DNA of 64,000 nucleotides from Candidatus Cryptobacteroides sp. (GTDB lineage Bacteria > Bacteroidota > Bacteroidia > Bacteroidales > UBA932): positions 2,611 through 66,610 of the forward strand of contig JAZKYT010000018.1 in the NCBI GenBank assembly GCA_045612265.1. Direction: 5' to 3'. Shown here piece by piece: positions 1 through 8,483 of the stretch. Each line of letters opens with the position of its first letter. Position 1 is the first letter of the stretch. The position numbers were made by a program, and so were the translations under genes. The notes below the pieces were generated by a model. The model searched no databases. It was not told where the DNA came from and worked only from the letters and a program-made list of their open reading frames with translations.

Positions 1-1902
1 GGATTCATTTATGACGAATCGGCGACCGGAAAGACCGCATATATCGAGCCCGCTGAAGTTGTGGAGCTTGACAACCAGATCAAGGAACTCAAATTCTCGG
101 AGCAGAGGGAGATCCTGAAGATCCTTCTTGAGTTCAGCGAGTTTCTCAGACCATATCTGCCGGATCTCTTATCTGCAGCTAAATACCTTGGAGAGATTGA
201 TTTCCTCATGGCCAAGGCACAGGTTGCCCTGGATTTCATCGCAGGAATGCCTGTCATATCAGAAAATGGCGAGATGAACCTGCGCAAGGCCCGTCACCCG
301 CTTCTAGAGAAGGCTCTGAAGAAGGAGAAGAAGGAGATTGTGCCGCTGACTGCTACACTGACACCGCAGAAGCATATTCTTCTAATTTCCGGACCTAATG
401 CCGGAGGTAAGTCTGTGTGCCTGAAGACCGTGGGACTTCTGCAGTACATGTTCCAGTGGGGAATGCTGATTCCGACTTCAGAGACATCCGAAATGCTGGT
501 GTTCGACCGTATCATGGTGGACATCGGAGACGACCAGTCCATCGACAACGACCTCAGTACATACAGTTCGTTCCTTGTGAACATGAAGGACATGCTTGCA
601 AAGGCCGATTCCAGGACTCTCGTACTGATTGACGAGTTCGGTTCAGGAACTGAGCCTGCTGCCGGTGGAGCCATCGCAGAGGCGATTCTAAGCGAACTGG
701 ACGGACGTGGCGCTTACGGCGTGATCACTACTCACTATACAAACCTTAAGCTCTATGCCTCATCAGGAGAGACAGGGGTGATCAATGGAGCGATGATGTT
801 CGACGTGAAGAATATCGCGCCTATGTTCAAACTGGAAATGGGACTCCCTGGCAACTCGTTCGCATTTGAGCTTGCACGAAAGATGGGACTTCCAGAGCAG
901 ATCATCAAGGATGCTGAGAACAGGGCTGGAGAGGAGTTCGTCGGTATCGAAAGAAACCTCCGCAAGATCGCGCGCAACAGAAAGGCTCTCGACGAAAAGC
1001 TTGAAAGAATCAAGCACACGGACAGGACTCTTGAGAATATCACAGACAAATACCAGAAGGAACTCCAGCAGATCAAGCAGATGAAGAAGGAGATTCTTGA
1101 TGCTGCAAAGAAGGAAGCTGAGAGCATAATCAAGGGTGCAAACAAGCAGGTGGAGAACACCATCAAGACCATCAAGGAGTCACAGGCAGAGAAGGAGACC
1201 ACACAGGTGGCAAGAAAGGAGCTCCAGGGCTTCATGTCACTGCTTGCGGCCAAGAAGGAAAAGGAGCAGAAGGAAAAGGAGGACTACATCGAGCGCAAGA
1301 TCAAGCAGCTTGATGCCCGCAAGGAACGCCAGAAGCAGCGTAAGGCCCAGAAGGCAGATGACAAGGCTGCTCAGGAGTTGAGGGAGCAGATGGCAGAGCA
1401 GCAGAGAATCGAGGCATTCCGATCAGCACCGTTGAAGGTTGGAGAGAAGGTGCGCGTGAAGGATAACGGCATGGTAGGAGAGGTGCAGAAGGTTTCCCCT
1501 AAGGCTGTCGTGGTGGCAATCGGAAACATTTCAAGCAAGATGCCTCTAGACAAGGTGGAGAGAATCACTTCAAACGAGTTCAAGAATGCGGTGAAGGAGA
1601 CTGCCCGTCCGGCATCAGCCATCAAGGTGGATTCTGCCATCAGCGAGAGGAAGTTGAACTTCAGCACTGAGATGGATGTGCGTGGCGAGAGGTTGAACGA
1701 TGCTGTGGAGAAGGTGACCCGTTATGTGGACGACGCAGTGATGCTTGGGGTGAGCAGCGTGAGAATCATCCATGGAAAGGGCACAGGAGTCTTGAGAGAT
1801 GAGCTGCAGAAGCTGATCAGAACCATTCCTGGCGTGGCAAGCGTGCGAGATGAGCATATTCAATTCGGCGGAACCGGAGTTACGATTGTTACATTTGAAT
1901 AA
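1..1902 (+). CDS. mutS2: Endonuclease MutS2 (5'-truncated by window edge)
   Basis: Frame open from base 1 (GFIYDESATGKTAYIEP); Walker A GPNAGGKS, LIDEFGSGT, coiled coil, C-terminal Smr domain (IIHGKGTG). Confidence 0.95.
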   Translation, partial: GFIYDESATGKTAYIEPAEVVELDNQIKELKFSEQREILKILLEFSEFLRPYLPDLLSAAKYLGEIDFLMAKAQVALDFIAGMPVISENGEMNLRKARHPLLEKALKKEKKEIVPLTATLTPQKHILLISGPNAGGKSVCLKTVGLLQYMFQWGMLIPTSETSEMLVFDRIMVDIGDDQSIDNDLSTYSSFLVNMKDMLAKADSRTLVLIDEFGSGTEPAAGGAIAEAILSELDGRGAYGVITTHYTNLKLYASSGETGVINGAMMFDVKNIAPMFKLEMGLPGNSFAFELARKMGLPEQIIKDAENRAGEEFVGIERNLRKIARNRKALDEKLERIKHTDRTLENITDKYQKELQQIKQMKKEILDAAKKEAESIIKGANKQVENTIKTIKESQAEKETTQVARKELQGFMSLLAAKKEKEQKEKEDYIERKIKQLDARKERQKQRKAQKADDKAAQELREQMAEQQRIEAFRSAPLKVGEKVRVKDNGMVGEVQKVSPKAVVVAIGNISSKMPLDKVERITSNEFKNAVKETARPASAIKVDSAISERKLNFSTEMDVRGERLNDAVEKVTRYVDDAVMLGVSSVRIIHGKGTGVLRDELQKLIRTIPGVASVRDEHIQFGGTGVTIVTFE

Positions 1903-1912
1903 TATTTGGATC

Positions 1913-2332
1913 ATGTCAAGACTAAAAATATATGCTATTGTAATCGGCCTGGCTATCCTGACCGGATGCCGTAGTGGAGAGAAGAGTGTGGAGATGGGAC
2001 CGGTGGAGACAGTGGAGGCTTTCTGCAAGGCTGTTGCTGCATGCGATTGGGACAAGGCACAGGAACTATGCGACACTCTGAGCATGAAGGAATATATTGA
2101 TGGCTATAGAACTGCCGTGAACAAGCTTGAGAAGGAGGATGAGGGGGCAGCGAAGATTGCCATATCGCTCCTTGAAAACACAACCGTGAACGTAAACGAC
2201 GTCCACAAGCACGAGGACAAGAGAGTTGTCACATATACACTTGAGACAGACGGTCTCAGCAAGACAAGAAAAGCCACATTGAGAAAAGAGGAGGGAGCAT
2301 GGAGAGTGGAAGCAATTACAGAGGCAGACTAG
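1913..2332 (+). CDS. Lipoprotein, NTF2-like/DUF4878-like
   Basis: Start re-assigned to ATG 1913; lipobox LTGC; GPVETVEAFCKA...DWDKA and C-terminal LRKEEGAWRV pattern. Confidence 0.7.
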   Translation: MSRLKIYAIVIGLAILTGCRSGEKSVEMGPVETVEAFCKAVAACDWDKAQELCDTLSMKEYIDGYRTAVNKLEKEDEGAAKIAISLLENTTVNVNDVHKHEDKRVVTYTLETDGLSKTRKATLRKEEGAWRVEAITEAD

Positions 2333-2688
2333 GACGTCTTGGAGAGGATATCGCCTGCCGGCTGTTGGAAAGCATGGGCCATATGATCCTGGAAAGGAAC
2401 TGGCGCAGCGGGCATCTGGAAATTGATATCATCTCATATGATGCGGCTGGAATACATTTTGTGGAGGTGAAGACCCGGCGCGAAAACGTACAGGCTCCTC
2501 CACAGGAAAGCGTGGACTGGAGAAAGCAGAAAAGAATCGTGCATGCAGCACAAAGCTTTCTCAAAAGTGGCAAAGGGCGACCTTATGGCAGCCATGAGTG
2601 CATGTTTGATGTGGTGGCTGTGACTTTTTGCGGTGAAAAACACTCGACCGAGTGGATTCCGCAGGCGTTCATACCTTTATATAGATAA
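2299..2688 (+). CDS. yraN: YraN family (UPF0102) endonuclease-like protein
   Basis: GRLGEDIACRLL, ERNWR..HLEIDII, FVEVKTR, FDVVAV motifs. Confidence 0.9.
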   Translation: MESGSNYRGRLGRLGEDIACRLLESMGHMILERNWRSGHLEIDIISYDAAGIHFVEVKTRRENVQAPPQESVDWRKQKRIVHAAQSFLKSGKGRPYGSHECMFDVVAVTFCGEKHSTEWIPQAFIPLYR

Positions 2689-2727
2689 AACTACACGTCA
2701 TATTGACGAATTGAAATACACTAAACA

Positions 2728-3825
2728 ATGAACAGAGATAACAGATATTGTGTCATCCTGGCCGGAGGTCCCGGAAGCCGTTTCTGGCCTATAAGCAGAC
2801 TTGAGAAACCTAAGCAGTTCCTTGATGTCGCAGACACAGGCAAGACCTTCCTCAGAATGACATTCGAGAGATTTTCAAAGGTTGTACCGAGAGAGAATAT
2901 TCTTGTTGTGACAGCTGAAAAGTATCGAGACCTTGTTCTGGAGAACATTCCTGAACTTGACGAGAAAAACCTTCTGCTTGAACCGTATTCCCGCAACACA
3001 GCACCTTGCGTGGCGTATGCAAACTACACCATCCTTCAGAGAAATCCCGAGGCGCGAGTGGTAGTGACACCATCAGACCACGTGATCACTGACGAAGACA
3101 TGTTTGTGGACACCATCGCCAAGGCATTTGAATATGTAATCGAGAAGGATGTGCTCATGACCCTCGGTATCCCTCCTACAAGACCTGACTGCAACTACGG
3201 ATATGTGCAGGCATGCGGAGGTCGCGAGGCTATCTCCAAGGGTGAGCCGGTGCAGGTGAAGACCTTCACGGAAAAGCCGGAGAAGGAGCTTGCAAAGGTG
3301 CTTATCAACAGCGGAGAGTTCCTCTGGAATTCCAGCATATTCATCTGGAAGGCAAAGACCATCCGTAAGGAAATGAAGAAATATCTCCCGGAGATTCCAA
3401 GATGCTTCAAGGGTTGGGAAAGAGTGCTGGGCACAAGCCTGGAGAAGGAGTTTGTAGCTCACGCATACACAGAATGCAGAAATATATCGATCGACCACGC
3501 CGTGATGGAGAAGACCGAAAATGCGTGGGTATTCCCTGTGAAGTTCGGCTGGGTGGACATGGGTACCTGGGAGTCTCTCTATGACTTCATGCCGGAAAAG
3601 GACAAGGACGGCAACAGCATCACTGCAGAGAAGGCCCTGCTCGAAAACGACCGCAACCTGCTGGTTGTGAACCAGGAAAAGAAGAAACTTGTGGCAATCA
3701 GCGGACTTGAGAACTACATCGTGATCGACACAGATGACGTGCTGCTGATCTGCCCTAAGGACGACAAGAAATTCAAGGATTTTGTTTCAGGCCTCGCAAT
3801 GCCTGGATATGAAAAATACAGATAA
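2728..3825 (+). CDS. manC: Mannose-1-phosphate guanylyltransferase
   Basis: ILAGGPGSRFWP..PKQF, EPYSRNTAPC, PSDH, FTEKP, GW.DMGTW motifs. Confidence 0.9.
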   Translation: MNRDNRYCVILAGGPGSRFWPISRLEKPKQFLDVADTGKTFLRMTFERFSKVVPRENILVVTAEKYRDLVLENIPELDEKNLLLEPYSRNTAPCVAYANYTILQRNPEARVVVTPSDHVITDEDMFVDTIAKAFEYVIEKDVLMTLGIPPTRPDCNYGYVQACGGREAISKGEPVQVKTFTEKPEKELAKVLINSGEFLWNSSIFIWKAKTIRKEMKKYLPEIPRCFKGWERVLGTSLEKEFVAHAYTECRNISIDHAVMEKTENAWVFPVKFGWVDMGTWESLYDFMPEKDKDGNSITAEKALLENDRNLLVVNQEKKKLVAISGLENYIVIDTDDVLLICPKDDKKFKDFVSGLAMPGYEKYR

Positions 3826-3828
3826 ACT

Positions 3829-4281
3829 ATGGAATTGGAAAAGAGAATACAGGCCGACATGGTAGCGGCAATGAAGGCTAAGGAAGCCGTAAGACTTTCA
3901 TCACTCAGAGCTATAAAGGCAGCGATCATGCTCGCCAAGACAGCAGAGGGTGCAACAGGAGAGGTCAGCGATCAGGACATCGTGAAGATCATCCAGAAAC
4001 TCGTGAAGCAGCGCAAGGAAAGTGCTCAGCAGTACACCGACGCAGGCCGTCCCGAGCTTGCTGCAAACGAAGTGGCAGAAATGGAGGCAATGGAGGTATA
4101 CCTTCCGAAGCAGCTCACAGAGGCTGAGGTTGAGGCTGAACTCGTGAAGATCATCGCAGAGGTGGGCGCGACACAACCATCAGAAATGGGTAAGGTGATG
4201 GGCGTTGCCACCAAGCGTCTTGCCGGACTTGCTGACGGAAGAGTCATTTCAACACTTGTAAAGAAGCTTTTGACAAAATAA
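3829..4281 (+). CDS. GatB/YqeY domain protein
   Basis: AMKAK...LRAIKAAI, KQRKESA.QY..AGR.ELA, YLPKQL, MGKVMG. Confidence 0.93.
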   Translation: MELEKRIQADMVAAMKAKEAVRLSSLRAIKAAIMLAKTAEGATGEVSDQDIVKIIQKLVKQRKESAQQYTDAGRPELAANEVAEMEAMEVYLPKQLTEAEVEAELVKIIAEVGATQPSEMGKVMGVATKRLAGLADGRVISTLVKKLLTK

Positions 4282-4298
4282 CATCTCTTGACAGACCT

Positions 4299-4874
4299 AT
4301 GAAAAGATTTCTCTTGATGACGGCTGCATTGCTGTGCTTTGTCGGATTGTCTGGCCAAAGTAGAATAAAGGATATCCCTTTCAGGGCAGACCATAAAAAG
4401 GGCTTGTATATCGGCGTTGCTCCGGTAGCAAACATCCTGACAGGACAGCAGGAAGCTCTTGCAATGGCTTTGACAGACTTTTTGTATAACATGCAACAGA
4501 ACATTCACGTAAATTCTGTTGTCACAAGCACAGGAACAACAAGTACAACCGAATCAGCCCCATCTGACAGCTTTTCTGCAGTCAGTGAAAACTATTGTGA
4601 TATCAGAATTGTAGACAGAGCTACAATAGACGAGACAGAATTCATCCTGTTCAAGATTGTTTCAGGAGGAGATTACAACGTCAAGGTTAACAGTCGTATG
4701 GCAAGTATGTCAGACGGAAACATGTTCACTGAGACCTTAGATTTGAGTATCTCACTCACATTCAAAAACCAATCCGGTCAGGAAGTGCTTAAGTGGGATT
4801 GGACAGATTCGTCTTTTAGAGGGAACGACAGAGAACGCAGAAACATTTACAGTTCTGTCCTCCATCAGAATTAA
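4299..4874 (+). CDS. Secreted hypothetical protein
   Basis: 191-aa ORF with N-terminal signal peptide, tightly packed after YqeY; no family recognised. Confidence 0.7.
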   Translation: MKRFLLMTAALLCFVGLSGQSRIKDIPFRADHKKGLYIGVAPVANILTGQQEALAMALTDFLYNMQQNIHVNSVVTSTGTTSTTESAPSDSFSAVSENYCDIRIVDRATIDETEFILFKIVSGGDYNVKVNSRMASMSDGNMFTETLDLSISLTFKNQSGQEVLKWDWTDSSFRGNDRERRNIYSSVLHQN

Positions 4875-5944
4875 CCTCGTATGATACGCAGATATAATTT
4901 ATTGGTGACGAGATATTCAGGCAACTCCTCGTCAGCAGAATCATCATTTAAAGGAAGAAGGCGTGATGCCAGAGCTTTTGAAAGAGTCCACGAAGCATCA
5001 TCTCCTTCAATACTCCAATACATTGCGCCGAGCAGGCCTTTTGACTTGATATATTCTGCCTTGAGACCGACAGACTGTTCGTCGTCATAGGTCATGATCA
5101 TGGTTCCGGAATCATCAGCAAGATATGGAACCATAGCTTTTTCATCCCACATCTCCACGAATTCCCCTTCAGCCTTGATGTCGCGATAGTCCCTGTTCTT
5201 CATCACTGTGCCACCACGTCCATAGAAAGGAACTCCAAGAACAAGCTGTGCAGCAGGAACTCCAGCCTCAATATGTGCCTTTACTGCACCCTCCGATGTT
5301 CCCTTGGTGTTCTCCGACGCATAAAGCGGGCTGTGATGATAAGGCGCGTTGGCCATATCGTATGTCATTACATTCACGAAGTCAAGGTACTGCATACATG
5401 AATGGAAATCGATGTATTCAGCATAGGCAGAACTTGCAAGAGTGAGAAGTCTGTCTGCACCGAGAACGGTACGGAGATCCCTCATGAGGAGGTTGAAATT
5501 CTCCCTGTCATCCGGTGAAGATGAGATTCCAGCCATTGAGCTGGTCGGATATTCCCAGTCGATGTCGATTCCGTCAAGACCGAATTCCTCAACCACGCGC
5601 AGGCAGTCATTGGCAAAAGACATTCGTCTGTTGTCATCTGCAGCCATCTCGCTGAAACGGCCGCTACCCCAACCTCCGACAGAAAGCATGACATTAAGCT
5701 CAGGATTCTTTGCCTTGAGGGCAACGATACTTTCCAGACGGGAAGGATTATCAACTCTGACACCGTCAAAGGTGTCATTTACATGTCCGAAGGCATAGTT
5801 GATATGAGTCATTACGAATGGATCCGGCATTTCGTCGGTCCATGATGTGACGTAAGCAACCACAACGTGCTCACTGTCCTTCTTAAACGCGTGGCAGCCA
5901 CACATAAGCATGGCAGCCAGCGTTATAATTAAGTTTCTGAACAT
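4871..5944 (-). CDS. GH18 chitinase-like lipoprotein
   Basis: THINYAFG, LSVGGW, catalytic DGIDIDWEYP, MTYD; lipoprotein-like signal. Confidence 0.92.
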   Translation of the reverse strand: MFRNLIITLAAMLMCGCHAFKKDSEHVVVAYVTSWTDEMPDPFVMTHINYAFGHVNDTFDGVRVDNPSRLESIVALKAKNPELNVMLSVGGWGSGRFSEMAADDNRRMSFANDCLRVVEEFGLDGIDIDWEYPTSSMAGISSSPDDRENFNLLMRDLRTVLGADRLLTLASSAYAEYIDFHSCMQYLDFVNVMTYDMANAPYHHSPLYASENTKGTSEGAVKAHIEAGVPAAQLVLGVPFYGRGGTVMKNRDYRDIKAEGEFVEMWDEKAMVPYLADDSGTMIMTYDDEQSVGLKAEYIKSKGLLGAMYWSIEGDDASWTLSKALASRLLPLNDDSADEELPEYLVTNKLYLRIIRG

Positions 5945-5952
5945 GATTCAGA

Positions 5953-8463
5953 TTATTTATCGAGTTCAACCTTCACACCCTTCACACCAGCCTCGCAGGT
6001 AACTGTCTTGGTCTGGCCAGGAAGGAGTGGAAAGAAGTTGTCGCTCCAGTAAGCAGGAACCACCATATTGCCGGCAGCATCCTTAGCCTTGAGGATATTC
6101 ATATAAGAGATTACATCAGACTTGTTCACGAGAGTCACGGTATATGTTCCGTTGCTCTCCTTTACAGTCATTTCAACCTCTGCCTCTGGCTGAGCGAATG
6201 CAAACTTAAGGTCAGTAAATTCAGTGATAGGTGTCTGATACCAAGTGAAGTCTTTCCAGTTATATACATTCGGCTTCGCACCGATACAGTAGAAATTGTC
6301 AGTAATGCAGTTGCCGTCTACGTCAGCAAGCTCAAGAGCGATGAAGTGAGCTGCACCCTGGAACTTGGCGAGATCGAACACCTTCACGCTCTTGCGGTAT
6401 GCAGAAGCAACCGTACCTGTCTCTTCAGAAAGGAGCTTGGACTCAGCGTCGTAAACCCTTACTGTAGCAACAACGTCCTTATCTTCCATACCTTCGTTCA
6501 CAGCATATACCGCGTAGTCCTTGTAGTTGTAAATAAGCTGGATAGGCTCACAAGCCTTCTTTGTTCCGTAGTAAGCAGCACATGGAACGCCGTAGTAGTC
6601 ATAAAGCTGCCAGTAGATTGAAGGCCAAGCCGAGTTGAGCATCCACTGAACGATACCAGTAGAAACCGGAATGTTTACACGGAATGCCTCGAACATTGCG
6701 CGAGTTGCATCATAGTCCGCAGCGTGTGCCTTGCGAACATAGTCAACAAGGTCATCTGCCTCACCATATACAGCGCTGACTGTACGGGTAAGCTCCTCCA
6801 TGCTGTTCATCGCTGTAGAAGAAGTTGTACAGTGCATATCCCAGTACTCAGTGAGAGGCCAGAGCTTGTCTGCGGGAATCATCTTCTGGAGAGACTCGAG
6901 CTGAGGAATGTTGGCTCCGATACCAGTCTCAGTGTTGAAACCGAAACCACCACCGTTCTCAGTGTCAAGGTACCAGTAGTCAGGGCCGACATACTCATAT
7001 GGACCAGCCATCTTGCTGCCAGACCAGCCTGCGAGCTCGCTCTTGAGACTCTTGGCAGAAGATATGTATGGACGATACTCATATTTATTATAGATTTCCA
7101 TATAACGCTTCTCAAGCTCATAGATAGGAACGCAGTCACTACCTGTCATCCATGCGATAACTGAAGCGTGGTTGTGAAGTCTGATCACCTGGTCCTCGAA
7201 ATATCTCTCAGCAAGGTCAATCTCCTTAGGCTCATAGATACAGCCCACATGGTGGATCTCCGGGATACCGCAGTAGATCTCCCACTCCCACTGGCAGCTC
7301 CAGCCAACAAGAGCAAGCACACCATGCTTGTCGCAAAGATCATAGATTGTGTCATCCTTACCCCAGATGTTCTCAAAACGGATAAGGTTCATATTCATAT
7401 GCTTGACATACTTGACCTGTCTCTCAAGATCCTCCGGAGTATCTCTAAGGAAAATATCGTCCGTCCAGCCGGCACCCTTGAGAAGGATATCCTTGCCATT
7501 GAGAGTAAACTGCCTGTAACCATACTCGTTAAGGTAGCTCTTGATTTCTCTGATACCGAATGTAACGTTCATTGCATCTGAAGTCTTGCCATCTGCCTCG
7601 AATGTTACGTTCATATCATAAAGTTCAGGATTTCCGAGATCCCAGCTCCACCATACTCTTGGGTTCTCGACATGGAGGTTTGCTGCCTGCTCCGGAGTGA
7701 TGATGACAATTGTCTCTTCACCTGCTGCAAGCTCAACAGGAACTGAACATGTGCCGCAATCCTGAAGTGCAAGAACAACGTTTCCTGATACCGGCTGAGC
7801 CTCATTGTTCTTAAGGGTTACGCGAACCTCGAGATCAGCATCAGAGAAATCCTCTGTATCAAGGCTAGGGATAACATATACGTCGTTGATTGCAACCTCA
7901 GCAGAAGCACAGAGCTTTACTGTCTGAGTGATACCCATGCTCTCATCAAGAGGTCTTGGATTCCAGTCCACGAAACCGATGTTAAGGTCTCTTGAAACCG
8001 CTCTTCTTACCTTGACCTCAAGCTCGTTATTCTCCTGCAGAAGGTTTGTCACATCGTATACTCTCTTGATGAACACACCATAAGTTGTGTCTGAAGAAGC
8101 GATGCATGTACCATTGAGAGTGATGTCAGCATAGTAGTTGAGACCATTGAAAACGAGGTCATAGTGCTGGCCCTCAACCTTGTCAAGCTTGAAATCAGTC
8201 TTGTACACCCAAGGTGTGTCAAAGATTGTCTTGTCAACAGAATAATAATTATTGCTGTTGAGAAGATCCTCACCGAGAACACCTTGATCACAGAGTACAC
8301 CGGCTACAGTAGAAGGCACTTCTACATCATAGGTCTTGTCAGAACCCTCCTGATTGAGAGTCCACTTGTCAAAAGTGTACTCTTCTCCACTCTTGAGAGT
8401 AACGGTCTGAGAACACGCGCAAAACAAACTTGCTGCTGCAAGTAGAGTGAGCGTCTTTTTCAT
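5953..8463 (-). CDS. GH2 exo-beta-D-glucosaminidase (CsxA-like), lipoprotein
   Basis: GH2 architecture with WMTGSD (Asp acid/base) and FNTETG, as in CsxA-type enzymes; QWMLNSAWPS. Confidence 0.8.
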   Translation of the reverse strand: MKKTLTLLAAASLFCACSQTVTLKSGEEYTFDKWTLNQEGSDKTYDVEVPSTVAGVLCDQGVLGEDLLNSNNYYSVDKTIFDTPWVYKTDFKLDKVEGQHYDLVFNGLNYYADITLNGTCIASSDTTYGVFIKRVYDVTNLLQENNELEVKVRRAVSRDLNIGFVDWNPRPLDESMGITQTVKLCASAEVAINDVYVIPSLDTEDFSDADLEVRVTLKNNEAQPVSGNVVLALQDCGTCSVPVELAAGEETIVIITPEQAANLHVENPRVWWSWDLGNPELYDMNVTFEADGKTSDAMNVTFGIREIKSYLNEYGYRQFTLNGKDILLKGAGWTDDIFLRDTPEDLERQVKYVKHMNMNLIRFENIWGKDDTIYDLCDKHGVLALVGWSCQWEWEIYCGIPEIHHVGCIYEPKEIDLAERYFEDQVIRLHNHASVIAWMTGSDCVPIYELEKRYMEIYNKYEYRPYISSAKSLKSELAGWSGSKMAGPYEYVGPDYWYLDTENGGGFGFNTETGIGANIPQLESLQKMIPADKLWPLTEYWDMHCTTSSTAMNSMEELTRTVSAVYGEADDLVDYVRKAHAADYDATRAMFEAFRVNIPVSTGIVQWMLNSAWPSIYWQLYDYYGVPCAAYYGTKKACEPIQLIYNYKDYAVYAVNEGMEDKDVVATVRVYDAESKLLSEETGTVASAYRKSVKVFDLAKFQGAAHFIALELADVDGNCITDNFYCIGAKPNVYNWKDFTWYQTPITEFTDLKFAFAQPEAEVEMTVKESNGTYTVTLVNKSDVISYMNILKAKDAAGNMVVPAYWSDNFFPLLPGQTKTVTCEAGVKGVKVELDK

Positions 8464-8483
8464 TGTATGTTAGTTTGTTGTTA

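Noticed and set aside
2728-3825. manC as part of the mannan PUL (uses the Man-1-P made by GH130)
   Set aside because: Lies in a housekeeping operon about 10 kb from the PUL with no shared motif; proximity is likely coincidental
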